Source of the DNA: Candidatus Multivoradales bacterium
GTDB taxonomy: Bacteria > Acidobacteriota > Thermoanaerobaculia > Multivoradales > JAHEKO01
Length of the DNA stretch: 64,000 nucleotides
Assembly (NCBI GenBank): GCA_965223155.1
Contig: CBDCVR010000014.1
Coordinates: forward strand, 992,001-1,056,000
Reading direction: 5' to 3'
Part shown: piece by piece, positions 41,986 through 52,483 of the stretch
Position numbering within the stretch: position 1 is the stretch's first letter
How the letters are laid out: each line of letters starts with the position of its first letter
The notes under the pieces: generated by a model
The model's database searches: none
What the model was told of the DNA's origin: nothing
The model's input: only the letters and a program-made list of their open reading frames with translations
Translations under genes and position numbers: made by a program

Positions 41986-43119
41986 TCAGACGGCTCGATC
42001 GATCCAGCACCCGCCCAGGACCCGGTCGCCATCGTAGAAGACGCAGGCCTGGCCGGGAGCCACGCCTCGCTGCGGCGTCTCGAAGCGAACACGCGCTCCG
42101 CCGCTTACGGACGGCTCGATGGTGGCCCGCACTCCCCGGTGCCGGGAGCGGATCTTGACCGTGGCCTCGATCGGCGTGGCCGGCCGCGGACCGATCCAGC
42201 TCGACCGTTCGCCTTCGAGACCCGAGGCTAGAAGCTCGTCCTCGGCGCCGACCACGATCCGGTTTCCGGCGGCGTCGACTTCCAGGACATAGAGCTTGCC
42301 GCCGCCCCCCAGACCCAGGCCGCGACGCTGGCCGACGGTATAGCGATAGTAGGGGTCGCCTTCCCCCAAGACGTCACCGGACCGAGTCTGGATGGCGGCG
42401 CCGTGTGCGAGCACCCGCTCGCGCTCTCTCGACCGGCCGCCACCGATCTGGACCAGCGTCTCTTCGCGGGCGGCGACCTCGGTCTCCACAAAGTCCTTGA
42501 CGCCGGCGGCGACGAAGCACAACTCCATCGACTCTGCCTTCTCGGCCACTACTAGCCCCGCACGGCGGGCGATCTCGCGCACCTGGGTCTTGGTCAGCTC
42601 GCCCAGCGGAAACCTGGATGCGGCCAACTGCTCCTGGGTCAGCTCGAAGAGATAGTAGCTCTGGTCCTTGTCCGGGTGGCGGGCCCGGTGGAGCTCCAAG
42701 CCGTCCGGCCCCTCGACGATGCGGGCGTAGTGCCCGGTGGCCATCCGCTCGGCGCCCAGCTCGCGAGCCTTGTCGAGGAAAAGATCGAACTTGATCCAGG
42801 TATTGCACCGAGTACACGGCACCGGCGTCTTCCCCGCCAGGTAGTCATCGACGAAGGGCTCGACCACTTCCCGCCGGAACTCCTCTTCCATGGGCAGCGT
42901 GTAGTGCCGCACCCCGCATTGCTGGGCGACCCGGCGGGCATCGCCCAGGTCGAGAGCGCCGCAGCAGCGCCCGTGAGCCGCCTCCTGCGAACGGTCCCAA
43001 AGCAGCATGGACAGGCCGACGATGGGCTCGCCGCGCTCGGCCAGGAGCCACGCCACCACCGACGAGTCGAGGCCGCCGCTCATGGCGACCGCCGTCAGAC
43101 CTGAGCCCTCGGACGTCAT
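41986..43119 (-). CDS. mnmA: tRNA 2-thiouridylase
   Basis: AMSGGLDS, PCTRCN, ATGHY, KDQSYYL, ESMELCF, YTVGQRRGLG, PGQACVFY; ATG 43119. Confidence 0.96.
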   Translation of the reverse strand: MTSEGSGLTAVAMSGGLDSSVVAWLLAERGEPIVGLSMLLWDRSQEAAHGRCCGALDLGDARRVAQQCGVRHYTLPMEEEFRREVVEPFVDDYLAGKTPVPCTRCNTWIKFDLFLDKARELGAERMATGHYARIVEGPDGLELHRARHPDKDQSYYLFELTQEQLAASRFPLGELTKTQVREIARRAGLVVAEKAESMELCFVAAGVKDFVETEVAAREETLVQIGGGRSRERERVLAHGAAIQTRSGDVLGEGDPYYRYTVGQRRGLGLGGGGKLYVLEVDAAGNRIVVGAEDELLASGLEGERSSWIGPRPATPIEATVKIRSRHRGVRATIEPSVSGGARVRFETPQRGVAPGQACVFYDGDRVLGGCWIDRAV

Positions 43120-44264
43120 CCCACCGCCGCGAGCCGGCGCAGCTCCCGGACTTCCCGAAGCACGGCCGCCGCGAATCGATCCGTCTCGTCGAGAGTGTTG
43201 GAGGGGCCGAAGCTGACCCGCACCGACGCCAGGGCCTCGGCCTCGGATACCCCCATCGACATCAGAGCCGAGCTCGGCTTGGCCTTGCCGGACGAGCAAG
43301 CTGAGCCGCCCGAGACCGCGAAGCCGGCAAGATCCAGCCGGATGACCAAGCTCGAAGCCGGAGCGCCCGGAAAGGCGACGTTCGAGGTGTTGGGCAGGCG
43401 CGGCGCGGCGCTACCGTGGACGACGACGTCCTCGAGGCCGGTCAGAGCCGCCTCGAAACGGTCCCGCAGGCGCGCCAGCTTGGCGATGCGCTCGTCCAGC
43501 TCGGCCTCGACCAGCTCGATCGCCCGGCCCAGGCCCACGATCGCGGCCACGTTCTCGGTGCCGGCTCGCCGGCGGCGCTCCTGGCTGCCGCCGACCAGGA
43601 GCGGTTCGAAGGCAGCTCCGCCGCGTACCCACAGGGCCGCGGCGCCCAGCGGTCCCTGGAGCTTGTGCGCTCCCAGGACCAGGTAGTCCACTTCCAGGTC
43701 TTCGGCGTTGACCTGGTGCTTGCCCACGGCCTGCACCGCGTCGCACAGAATCGGAACGGACCGTGCCCGGCACAGGCGGGCAACTTCCTCGACCGGCTGG
43801 AGCGTGCCGATCTCGTTGTTGGCGAGCATCAGGCAAACCAGGACGGCGCCGTCACCAAGAGCCCGCTCGACGGCCTCCGGCTCGACCACGCCGGCGCGGT
43901 TGGGAGCCACCCGCACCAACTCGAGCCCAGAGGCGCTCGCTCGCTCAGCGGCCGCCTGGACGGCCGGGTGCTCGAGGCTGGAAACCACCAGCCTGCCGCG
44001 GCCGCCGGCGCTCTCGGCCACCGAGGCGACGACGGCGTTCAGAGCCTCGGTCCCGGAAGCGGTAAAGACGCACTGAGCGGGAACGCCGCCCAGAAGCCTA
44101 GCCACCGCCGCCCGAGCGGCTTCCACCGCCGCCCGCGCCTCCTGACCGAAGCCGTGAATGGACGAGGCGTTGCCGTGGCGGCTCGTCAGCCACGGTTCCA
44201 TGGCCTCGAAGACCCTGCGGTCGAGCGGGGTCGTCGCGTTGTGGTCGAGGTAGACGCGCTCCAT
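43116..44264 (-). CDS. iscS: Cysteine desulfurase (IscS/NifS family)
   Basis: YLDHNATT, GNASSIH, EHPAV, ANNEIG, DAVQ, AHKLQGP, SGGSACSS; ATG 44264. Confidence 0.93.
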   Translation of the reverse strand: MERVYLDHNATTPLDRRVFEAMEPWLTSRHGNASSIHGFGQEARAAVEAARAAVARLLGGVPAQCVFTASGTEALNAVVASVAESAGGRGRLVVSSLEHPAVQAAAERASASGLELVRVAPNRAGVVEPEAVERALGDGAVLVCLMLANNEIGTLQPVEEVARLCRARSVPILCDAVQAVGKHQVNAEDLEVDYLVLGAHKLQGPLGAAALWVRGGAAFEPLLVGGSQERRRRAGTENVAAIVGLGRAIELVEAELDERIAKLARLRDRFEAALTGLEDVVVHGSAAPRLPNTSNVAFPGAPASSLVIRLDLAGFAVSGGSACSSGKAKPSSALMSMGVSEAEALASVRVSFGPSNTLDETDRFAAAVLREVRELRRLAAVG

Positions 44265-44379
44265 GACGTTCGAAATTGTACCGCCGCTGGGCTCCCGACT
44301 CTGGACCGAACCGACATCCTGGCACCACCGCGAGAGACCCGGGTATGGTCCTGGATTTGCAAGGCTTTGGGCAACTAGG

Positions 44380-46971
44380 ATGGCGACCGAGATGGACCCG
44401 AGCACGAGATCGCGATCGACCGGGCGGATGCCGCTGGCTCTGCTGGCCCCACTGGCTTTGCTACTGGCCGTCCTGGTCCTGGGCCTCTGCGCTTTCGTCG
44501 TCGTGAGCGCACCCGCGGAGGCCGCGCGCGGTGTCAATCTCAACAAGCTGCCGGACGATCTGCCCGAGCGCTACCGGGCCTGGCTCGAGGAGGTGCGCCT
44601 GCTTCTCACCAAGGAGGAGCTCGCGACCTTTCTCGAGATCCCCAAGGACTACCAGCGCGACGCCTTTATCGAACGCTTCTGGCGCATCCGCGATCCCTTC
44701 CCGGACACCGCCCGCAATGAGTTCCGGGAGAAGTGGGAGGTCCGGGTCGGCGAGGTCTACGACGCGCTGAACGGAGAGTTCAGGGGTGAGCGAGCCGAGA
44801 TCTTGCTCCTCAACGGATTTCCGGATGCCCTGATCGATTTGAGCTGCGCCGAGATCGTCTCGTCCCAGGTCTGGTTCTACCAGCGCGCCGAAACCGTGGG
44901 CCACGAGGTGGTGCTGCTCTTCTACCAGCCGGGCGGTCTCGGCCGGTACCGCCTGTGGCACCCGGTGGACGGCTTCGACGTTCTGCTCCGGTTTCCGGGC
45001 GACGTTCGGAACTACCGGGAGCTGGCGACCACCTGCCGGCCGGGTCAGGACGAAGCGCTGCTCGCGGCCCTCGGCTACGCCGGCAGCCAGGGGCTGGGCT
45101 TCCCGTTGATCGCGGCCGGCGTGAGCACTCCCGGAGAGGGTCCTTCCGGTGAATGGGCGCAGACCTTTGGCGCCTACACGACCGAGGTCCCGGACGGCGC
45201 CGAGACCTTTGAAGCCGACTTGGAGCTGGACTTCCCCGGCCGGCACAAGACCCGGACCGTCATTCAGGGAGTGCTGAGCCTGGACCGTGACGATCTCGCG
45301 GTCTCGAAGCTCGGCGAGCACGAGTCCTACAACCTGGTCTTGATCGGCGAGGTCCTGCGCGACGACAAGCTCTTCGACAGCTTTCGGTACACCTTCAACC
45401 ATCCGCTGGCGACCGTCGAGGACGCTCGGCTGCCGCTCATCTTCGAGCGGCTGCTGCGTCCCGGCGAGTACCGGATGATTCTTCGTCTCGAGGACTCGAA
45501 CGCTCCGTCCTTCATGCGCCGCGAGGTCGAGCTCGACGTGCCCGCGGTCGAGAGCGCCTACCGGATGCCGGCGCCCGACGAGGAAACCGAGCGCATTCTC
45601 GCCGAGGCCAACGCCGCGATCTCGAGCGGGGAGATCTCCCTGCGCATCGTGCCGCCTCGCGACGGGATTCAGACCGGACAGCTCCGGGTCGATACCCTGG
45701 CGATCGGCGACGCCATCGACACGGTCCGGTTCGCGCTCGACGGACAGCACGTCCTGATCAAGAAGCAGCCTCCCTACAGCGTCGAGCTGGACCTGGGCAC
45801 GCTGCCCAAGATGCGGGACCTGGTGGCGACGGCTTTCGACGCCGACGGCAACGAGCTCGCTCGCGACGAGCTCCTGCTCAACTCGGGATCGCACCGCTTC
45901 GCGGCGCGCCTCATCGAGCCCCGGCGTGGACGCCGCTACGCCCGCAGCTTGCGAGCCGAAGCCGAGGTCCTGGTGCCCGATGGGCGAGTGATCGAGCGCG
46001 TCGAGTTCTTCCTGAACGAAAACCTGGTGGCGACGTTGTATCAAGAGCCCTATACCCACCCGATCGTGCTGCCGGACGCCGATCAGGTCGCCTACGTCCG
46101 CGTGGTCGCCTATCAGCCCGACGGCAACTCGACCGAAGACCTGGTCTTCGTCAACGCCCCGGAGTACCTTGAGGAGCTGGACGTCCAGTTCGTCGAGCTC
46201 TACATCGCAGTCCTCGACAAGAACCAGCGTCCGATCGACGGCCTCGGAGAAACCGACTTCTCGATCCTCGAGAACGGAGCCGAGCAGAGCCCGATGCGCT
46301 TCGAGAGGGTCCGCAACCTGCCGATTCATGCCGGCATCCTGCTCGACGTGTCGGCTTCGATGGCAAGCCGTCTGGACACCGCCCAGCAGGCCGCGCTCCG
46401 GTTCTTCCAGGAAGCGATCACCCCCAAGGACCGGGCAGCGCTCATCACCTTCAACGACTACCCCCACCTGGCCTCCAAGTTCACCAACGACCTCGGGGTG
46501 CTCTCGGGCGGGCTTGCCGGACTGCGCGCCGAGCGCGGCACGGCTCTCTACGACAGCATCATCTTCGCCCTCTACTACTTCAACGGCATCAAGGGGCAGC
46601 GCGCCCTGATCCTGCTTTCGGACGGCAAGGACGAACACTCCCGGTTCAGCTTTGACAACACTCTCGAGTACGCGCGGCGGGCGGGAGTCTCAATCTACTC
46701 GATCGGACTCAACCTGACCCGGAAGCAGCAGGGCGATACCGCCAAGAAGCTTCGGCTCTTGTCCGAAGAGACGGGCGGGCGTATCTTCTTGATCGATGAC
46801 GTCAACCAGCTCGGTTCGGTCTACGCGGAGATTCAGCGCGAGCTCAGGTCCCGCTACTACATCGCCTACCAGTCGACGAACTCCACGCCGTCCCGAGAGT
46901 TCCGCTCGATCGAGGTCGAGCTGGCCAAGGCCGATCTCGAGGCCAAGACACTCCGGGGCTACTATCCCTAG
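44380..46971 (+). CDS. GWxTD-like + Ig-like + VWA domain protein (paralogue 1)
   Basis: FIERFWRIRDPFPDTARNEF (GWxTD-type N-domain); MIDAS DVSAS, GTALYD, LSDGKD; ends GYYP. Confidence 0.82.
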   Translation: MATEMDPSTRSRSTGRMPLALLAPLALLLAVLVLGLCAFVVVSAPAEAARGVNLNKLPDDLPERYRAWLEEVRLLLTKEELATFLEIPKDYQRDAFIERFWRIRDPFPDTARNEFREKWEVRVGEVYDALNGEFRGERAEILLLNGFPDALIDLSCAEIVSSQVWFYQRAETVGHEVVLLFYQPGGLGRYRLWHPVDGFDVLLRFPGDVRNYRELATTCRPGQDEALLAALGYAGSQGLGFPLIAAGVSTPGEGPSGEWAQTFGAYTTEVPDGAETFEADLELDFPGRHKTRTVIQGVLSLDRDDLAVSKLGEHESYNLVLIGEVLRDDKLFDSFRYTFNHPLATVEDARLPLIFERLLRPGEYRMILRLEDSNAPSFMRREVELDVPAVESAYRMPAPDEETERILAEANAAISSGEISLRIVPPRDGIQTGQLRVDTLAIGDAIDTVRFALDGQHVLIKKQPPYSVELDLGTLPKMRDLVATAFDADGNELARDELLLNSGSHRFAARLIEPRRGRRYARSLRAEAEVLVPDGRVIERVEFFLNENLVATLYQEPYTHPIVLPDADQVAYVRVVAYQPDGNSTEDLVFVNAPEYLEELDVQFVELYIAVLDKNQRPIDGLGETDFSILENGAEQSPMRFERVRNLPIHAGILLDVSASMASRLDTAQQAALRFFQEAITPKDRAALITFNDYPHLASKFTNDLGVLSGGLAGLRAERGTALYDSIIFALYYFNGIKGQRALILLSDGKDEHSRFSFDNTLEYARRAGVSIYSIGLNLTRKQQGDTAKKLRLLSEETGGRIFLIDDVNQLGSVYAEIQRELRSRYYIAYQSTNSTPSREFRSIEVELAKADLEAKTLRGYYP

Positions 46972-47047
46972 GGCTGGAAAGCCCTTGCTGCATCGGGCGA
47001 GCGCGAAGCGTCCCGCCGGCGCGCCTGGTCTCGGGCGAAATCCGCGA

Positions 47048-49441
47048 ATGCTCCGAACAGTCGGCCTCGCCGCGATCATGGCCGCCAGGTTGACCTCCCC
47101 GGGCGCCGCGGCCCAAACCGACCCAAGCGCAGCGGTGGCTGAGGCCGGAGCCCCCGCCGGAATCGAAGCCCAAGAGCCCGCCACCGAGCTCATGAGCGAG
47201 GACGAGCTTTGGGTGTTCCGGCAGCTCGAGGGCGATGAGGTCCGCCAGGCCTTCCTCGATCGCTTCTGGGCCGAGCGGGAGGAGACCGTCCGCGACCTGT
47301 GGCTGGAACGGAGCGAGCTGGCTCGAACGCGCTTTGAAAGCGTGAGCACGGACCGAGCCCGCACGCTCCTCTTCTCGGGCCCGCCGCAATTCATCGTCAC
47401 CGACGTCTGTCCGCAACCGATCGCCGCGCTCGAAGTCTGGCACTATCGCGAACCGGAGGGCGGACCGGAGAACCAACCGGGTGACACCACCGCCGTCTTC
47501 CTGGCCGACGGTGCCGGCTACCGCCTCTGGCACCACGACTGGGCGGCAATCGCTCCCGGCGAGGCCGACTCCGAGGCCGCCGCGCGAGACATGCTGCGAA
47601 CGACCTGTCCGCGAGCCAAGGAGCTGATCTCGGCCCTCGAGGCGGCCCGCGACGCCGACGCCATCCGCGGCGGTTTCGCTTCCGCCCCGGCGGCCGACCC
47701 GGCCTGGGTCGATCAATTCCTCGCGCAGACTCCGATTCTTCCCCGCCACGCCCGCGCCCTCCTGGCCCGTACCAAGGTGTCGTTTCCGGCCGGCCTCGGC
47801 GAGCAGACCGTCGTTCTTCTGACTGTCGACGTCCCCGGCGCCGAGGTGCGAGCCGTGGAGCCGACCGGCTTCGCCCTGACCGGAACCGTACGGACGCCCA
47901 CCGAGCTGGTGGATCACTTCCGCTACCGATTCGAACGGGCCCTGTCGGGGGACGAGGCTCTCCGGCTGGAGGCCCGCCGCCACCTGCCGCCCGGCCGCTA
48001 CCGCCTGGATCTCAAGCTCCACGTCCTTGGTACCGACGCCTACTACCGCGACCGGATCGAGATCGAAGTTCCCGCGGCCGCAGCCGCGGACTGGGCCGGC
48101 CCCGGTGATCGCCTGTTCCGGCTCCTGCCGCCACCCGACATCCTACTGGTGGGCCGGCAGCGTTTCGAGGCAGCGGTCACTGGCGACGACGTCGCCAAGG
48201 TCGCGTTCCTGTTGAACGGCCGCCGCGCCATGACCAAGGCTCGTCCGCCCTTCTCGGTGGAGCTGGATCTGGGAGACGTGCCCAGGCCGCAGACCCTCGA
48301 AGCCGTCGCCTACGCCAGCGACGGCCAACAGCTTGCACGCGACGCGCTGGCGCTCAACGCGGGCCCCCACCGATTCTCGACCCGGATCGTCGCGCCAGCG
48401 CACGGCGAGCGCCTCGACCGGCTCTCTACGGTCCACGCCGAGGTGGATCTTCCGCCCGGAGAGCGGCTCGCCTACTTGGATCTCTTCTGGAACGAGGACC
48501 GTATCGCCCGCCTCCACCAGGGGCCCTTCGTCCAAAGCTTCGAGCTTCCGGACGACGGCGACTCCTCCTACCTGCGGGCCGTCGCCGTTCTCGCCGATGG
48601 CAACTCGGCCGAGGATCTCGTGGTGGTCAACACCGGCGATACCACCGAGGCCATCGAGGTCGATTTCGTCGAACTCTACGCCGGGATTCAGGACGGCCGT
48701 GGCAGGCCCATCGAAGACCTTCGTCTGGAAGACTTCGAGGTCCTCGAGGACGGCCTGCCGCAGCGGCTCTTGCGTCTCGAAACCGTGGACAACCTGCCGA
48801 TCAACGCCGCGGTGGTTCTCGACACCTCGACCTCGATGGAGGAAGAGATCGAGCAGGTCGAGCGGGCCGCGGCGGAGTTCTTCGAGCGCGTCATCCAACC
48901 CAAGGATCGGGCCGCGGTGGTGGTCTTTAGCGACGTCGCGCAGCTCCGGGTACCGCTTACCAACGATCTGGACGAGCTCCGCGCCGGCCTGTCGGGCATC
49001 GAGCCTGAGGGCTACACCAGCCTCTACGACAGCGTCATCTACGGCCTCTACTATCTGACCGGCCTTAGCGGCAAACGGGCGCTCATCCTGATCTCGGACG
49101 GCGAGGACTCGCGTTCGGATTTCGACTTCGATGAGACCCTGGACTTCGCTCGCCGCTCCGGGATCGCCGTTTACACGATCGGTCTTGGCATCCCCAGCGA
49201 CAACCTGGAGGAGCGGGCGGTTCTGCGCCGGCTCGCCCATGAGACCGGCGGCGAGGCATTTCAGATCGAGACCGCCCGGCGCATGGAGCGCATCTACGAG
49301 CGAATCGAAGACGCTCTGCGATCTCAGTACCTCCTCGGCTACCAATCCTCGCAGTCCGAACCGGGCCGGTTCCGCACGATTCAGGTTCGACTCCGCGGCC
49401 GGGAAGCCACGGTCAGGGCCGCCCCGGGGTACTACCCATGA
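47048..49441 (+). CDS. GWxTD-like + Ig-like + VWA domain protein (paralogue 2)
   Basis: AFLDRFW...STDRAR; MIDAS DTSTS, TSLYD, ISDGED; ends GYYP; collinear with paralogue 1. Confidence 0.82.
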   Translation: MLRTVGLAAIMAARLTSPGAAAQTDPSAAVAEAGAPAGIEAQEPATELMSEDELWVFRQLEGDEVRQAFLDRFWAEREETVRDLWLERSELARTRFESVSTDRARTLLFSGPPQFIVTDVCPQPIAALEVWHYREPEGGPENQPGDTTAVFLADGAGYRLWHHDWAAIAPGEADSEAAARDMLRTTCPRAKELISALEAARDADAIRGGFASAPAADPAWVDQFLAQTPILPRHARALLARTKVSFPAGLGEQTVVLLTVDVPGAEVRAVEPTGFALTGTVRTPTELVDHFRYRFERALSGDEALRLEARRHLPPGRYRLDLKLHVLGTDAYYRDRIEIEVPAAAAADWAGPGDRLFRLLPPPDILLVGRQRFEAAVTGDDVAKVAFLLNGRRAMTKARPPFSVELDLGDVPRPQTLEAVAYASDGQQLARDALALNAGPHRFSTRIVAPAHGERLDRLSTVHAEVDLPPGERLAYLDLFWNEDRIARLHQGPFVQSFELPDDGDSSYLRAVAVLADGNSAEDLVVVNTGDTTEAIEVDFVELYAGIQDGRGRPIEDLRLEDFEVLEDGLPQRLLRLETVDNLPINAAVVLDTSTSMEEEIEQVERAAAEFFERVIQPKDRAAVVVFSDVAQLRVPLTNDLDELRAGLSGIEPEGYTSLYDSVIYGLYYLTGLSGKRALILISDGEDSRSDFDFDETLDFARRSGIAVYTIGLGIPSDNLEERAVLRRLAHETGGEAFQIETARRMERIYERIEDALRSQYLLGYQSSQSEPGRFRTIQVRLRGREATVRAAPGYYP

Positions 49442-50052
49442 CCAACGGTCACCCGGACGCCGCCCGACCGCGGCTGGTGCTGGCCTCGGCTTCGCCCCGG
49501 AGGACGGAGATTCTGCGCGGGCTGGGACTCGACTTCGACATCGAGCCAGCCGACGTTGACGAAAGCCTACGAGCCGGCGAGGAGCCCGAGGCCTACGTCG
49601 AGCGCCTGGCGCGCGAAAAGGCCGAGGCCCGCCGGAAGCCGGGCTCGCTGGTCGTCTCGGCCGACACGATCGTGGTCCTGGACGGCCGGATCTTGACCAA
49701 GCCCGAGGACCCCACGGACGCCCGCCGCATGCTGCGTGCGATCGCCGGAAGACGCCACCGCGTTCTGACCGGCCTCGCAGTCCTGTGCGGCGACAGCGGC
49801 CACCTCGAGACGACCGTCGTGGACTCCGAAGTCATCATGGCGGAGATGACCGACGGCGAGATCGAAGGGTACGTCGCCAGCGGCGAACCCCTGGACAAGG
49901 CCGGAAGCTACGCAATCCAGGGCTTGGGCGCGGTCTTCGTGGCGCGCCTCGAAGGCACGTTTTCGAACGTCGTCGGGCTACCGCTGCCCGACCTCTACCG
50001 GCTGTTGGCGAAGCACGGCTTCGAGCTTGCCGGCTTCAGCCGCCGTACTTGA
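49438..50052 (+). CDS. maf: Maf family nucleotide pyrophosphatase
   Basis: LASASPRR, ADTIV, DKAGSYAIQG, SNVVGLP. Confidence 0.95.
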   Translation: MTNGHPDAARPRLVLASASPRRTEILRGLGLDFDIEPADVDESLRAGEEPEAYVERLAREKAEARRKPGSLVVSADTIVVLDGRILTKPEDPTDARRMLRAIAGRRHRVLTGLAVLCGDSGHLETTVVDSEVIMAEMTDGEIEGYVASGEPLDKAGSYAIQGLGAVFVARLEGTFSNVVGLPLPDLYRLLAKHGFELAGFSRRT

Positions 50053-50347
50053 TTGGGTCGCCCAGCTCCTCGAGCGAGAAGTTGGCCATGATCTGGTGGC
50101 CGTTGAAGTCCAGCACGCGGACGTCACCGGCCGCTTCGAGATCACGGCTGACGCTCGCGAAGGCCTCGCCGTAGCGATCCCGGACCGCATCCAGGTCGAC
50201 TTCGTAGGCCAAGAACTTGTCGATTCCCTTGTACCGGAGCTTTTCCACCAGACCCGGATCGGTGAGCTCGGGAAAGGTCGAGAGAATCAGGATGGGGCCG
50301 GTTCCGGTGAAGATGAGGTAGGTGCGCGGGGTGTCGCCGGAGGTCAT
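50036..50347 (-). CDS. Small conserved hypothetical cytosolic protein
   Basis: MTSGDTPRTYLIFTGTGPILIL...KGIDKFLAYEV...VRVLDFNG; host-like codon usage; -10 hexamer just before the ATG. Confidence 0.65.
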   Translation of the reverse strand: MTSGDTPRTYLIFTGTGPILILSTFPELTDPGLVEKLRYKGIDKFLAYEVDLDAVRDRYGEAFASVSRDLEAAGDVRVLDFNGHQIMANFSLEELGDPIKYGG

Positions 50348-50478
50348 GGCGACAAGGTAGTGCCGCCCCGAACCGCTGTCAAGACCGGGTACCGGGCGCC
50401 GGTCTTCGCCGGGACACTGCTGGTCTTCCCGATCAGGGGCCCACCGCCCGTTGCCGCTCGCGAGATAGAGTCCCGGCC

Positions 50479-51303
50479 ATGACCGCGGCACCCACCGTCA
50501 TTCTGGTGCGGCCCACCGAGGAGGGCAACGTCGGAGCCGTGGCGCGAGCGATGGCCAACTTCGCCCTGGAGCGGCTCATTCTGGTCGAGCCGGCTACCGA
50601 GATCGGAGCCCGCGGGCGCGCCCGCGCCGTCGGCGCGGGACACGTGCTGGGCACGCTTACCCGGATCGCGACCTACGAGAGCGCTATCGAGCCGTTCCGG
50701 CACGTTGTCGGCACAAGCTCGCAGCGACAGCGCATCGAGCGAGTCGCCTGCGTGGACGCCGGCCGCCTGGCGCGGCACGCCGCCGGCTGGGATCTGGCGG
50801 CAACCGCGCTGGTCTTCGGACCCGAGCGCTCCGGCCTCACTACCGACGAGCTGGCCCGCTGCGATACCCTGGTCCGGATCCCGACCTCGAGCCGCCAGCC
50901 CACCCTGAACCTGGCACAGGCGGTCTTGATCCTCGCCTACGAGCTCTACCCGGACCCTCCGGGCGAGACCTCGGGGCCGGATGCGGCGCCCGCCGAAGCC
51001 GCTCAGGTCGGCGACGACACGGCGGCCGACGCAACCGCCGGCACCAACCCTCCGGCCACCGCCGGCGTTGTGGCCGGACTCCTCGAACACACCGACGCGC
51101 TTCTGACTCGCACCGGTTTCGCCCGCGACGCGACCTACGACGGCGTGCTGCGGGATCTGCGTCGCCTGGCCGCCCGCGCCCGGTTGACGGCACGGGAGGT
51201 CCAGATCCTGCGCGGCATATGCCGCCGCCTCGAAAACGCCCTCGATCGGGCCGATCCGGCTCCAAGAAGCACAGGGGCCGGCACCGCACCCCGGAGCTCG
51301 TGA
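50479..51303 (+). CDS. trmJ: TrmJ/LasT family SPOUT RNA methyltransferase
   Basis: NVGAVARAMANF, LVFGPERSGLT, LNLAQAV, LRGI. Confidence 0.88.
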   Translation: MTAAPTVILVRPTEEGNVGAVARAMANFALERLILVEPATEIGARGRARAVGAGHVLGTLTRIATYESAIEPFRHVVGTSSQRQRIERVACVDAGRLARHAAGWDLAATALVFGPERSGLTTDELARCDTLVRIPTSSRQPTLNLAQAVLILAYELYPDPPGETSGPDAAPAEAAQVGDDTAADATAGTNPPATAGVVAGLLEHTDALLTRTGFARDATYDGVLRDLRRLAARARLTAREVQILRGICRRLENALDRADPAPRSTGAGTAPRSS

Positions 51304-51404
51304 CCCCGCCGCATTAGCCGCTTCACCGCGGGAACCGGCACTGTGCACCTTCCCGCCGGCGCTCTCTAGCGCCCCGATAACCCGGTGATAAGCTCGTCCG
51401 CCCG

Positions 51405-52055
51405 ATGGACGTGTCCGCAGCGCTCCCCACCGCCAAGGCCTCCGTGCAAGCCGGTCTCCGGGCAGCCCCGATCTTCGGCGTGGTGCGAACCGCGACTCGA
51501 GACGAGGCCCTGCGCCAGGCTCGAGCCTTTCGGGATGGCGGGATTCAGCTCGTCGAGATCACCTGGACCGTGCCCGAGGCGGCCTCGGTCGTGCGCCAGC
51601 TCCTGGCCGAGCGACCGGACGCGGATCCCCCGTGGATCGGCATGGGCACGATCACAGACAGCGAGCGCGCCCGGGCCGCCCTCGACGCCGGCGCCGAGTT
51701 CCTGATCACACCCAACGTGGCTCCAGACGTTGCCGAGCTGGCGCGCGAGCGGGACGTCTTTGTCGTCCTGGGCGCCCTGACCCCCAGCGAGATCGTCGCC
51801 GCCCGGCGCGCGGGAGCCGACCTTGTCAAGGTCTATCCCCTGCCTCCAGTGGGCGGAGCCAAGTATCTCGCCACCGTCCGCCAGCCGCTGCCCGACATCC
51901 CCATCCTGGCGGCCGGAGGTTTTGACGTGGATGAGATCCCCGCCTACCGAGCTGCCGGCGCCCTCGCCTTCGGCCTCGGCGCGCAAATGCTGGGCGACGA
52001 CCCCGAGTCCACGCGCCTGCGGATCGCCTCGGCGCTCGAGGCCGCCGGCGCTTGA
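51405..52055 (+). CDS. eda: KDPG/KHG aldolase family protein
   Basis: VEIT, GMGTI, GAEFLITP, GALTPSE, KVYP, AAGG. Confidence 0.88.
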   Translation: MDVSAALPTAKASVQAGLRAAPIFGVVRTATRDEALRQARAFRDGGIQLVEITWTVPEAASVVRQLLAERPDADPPWIGMGTITDSERARAALDAGAEFLITPNVAPDVAELARERDVFVVLGALTPSEIVAARRAGADLVKVYPLPPVGGAKYLATVRQPLPDIPILAAGGFDVDEIPAYRAAGALAFGLGAQMLGDDPESTRLRIASALEAAGA

Positions 52056-52477
52056 AGCCCATGACCAAGCAAGCCGAGCCACTCCACCTGCGCTTCGATC
52101 CGACCCCCGAGATCTTCGCCACCGACAGCCAAGGCCAGTTCCGCTTCCCGCTCTTGGTCCAGGGCATGGCCGAGATCGAAACCCGGCCTTACGACGAAGC
52201 CCGCTTCATCGTCTCGCTGTGGCATCCCTCGAACGACCGCTCCATGGATCTGGATCGTACCTACGTCGAGATCGCCTACCGTTTCGACGACGACGAGGAC
52301 CATTGGGTCAAGCTGGCCGAAGTCGAGCCCGTGGTGCCGCCCTACGCGGCTGAGACGTTCGACGGCTGGATCGTCCTGCCGATTCTGGGCATCAAGACCT
52401 GCTACGCCATGTCCGGCAGCGGCTTCAAGCCCCGCTCGCGGCTGCAGATCCGCTCGAGCGCGTACTTCGTCGCCTGA
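52052..52477 (+). CDS. Hypothetical protein
   Basis: Fills the gap between eda and apgM with tight spacing and host codon usage; no recognised motif. Confidence 0.6.
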   Translation: MKPMTKQAEPLHLRFDPTPEIFATDSQGQFRFPLLVQGMAEIETRPYDEARFIVSLWHPSNDRSMDLDRTYVEIAYRFDDDEDHWVKLAEVEPVVPPYAAETFDGWIVLPILGIKTCYAMSGSGFKPRSRLQIRSSAYFVA

Positions 52478-52483
52478 GATCCG

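Noticed and set aside
44461-49345. Long minus-strand ORFs opposite the VWA genes
   Set aside because: Antisense shadows with no recognisable domains.
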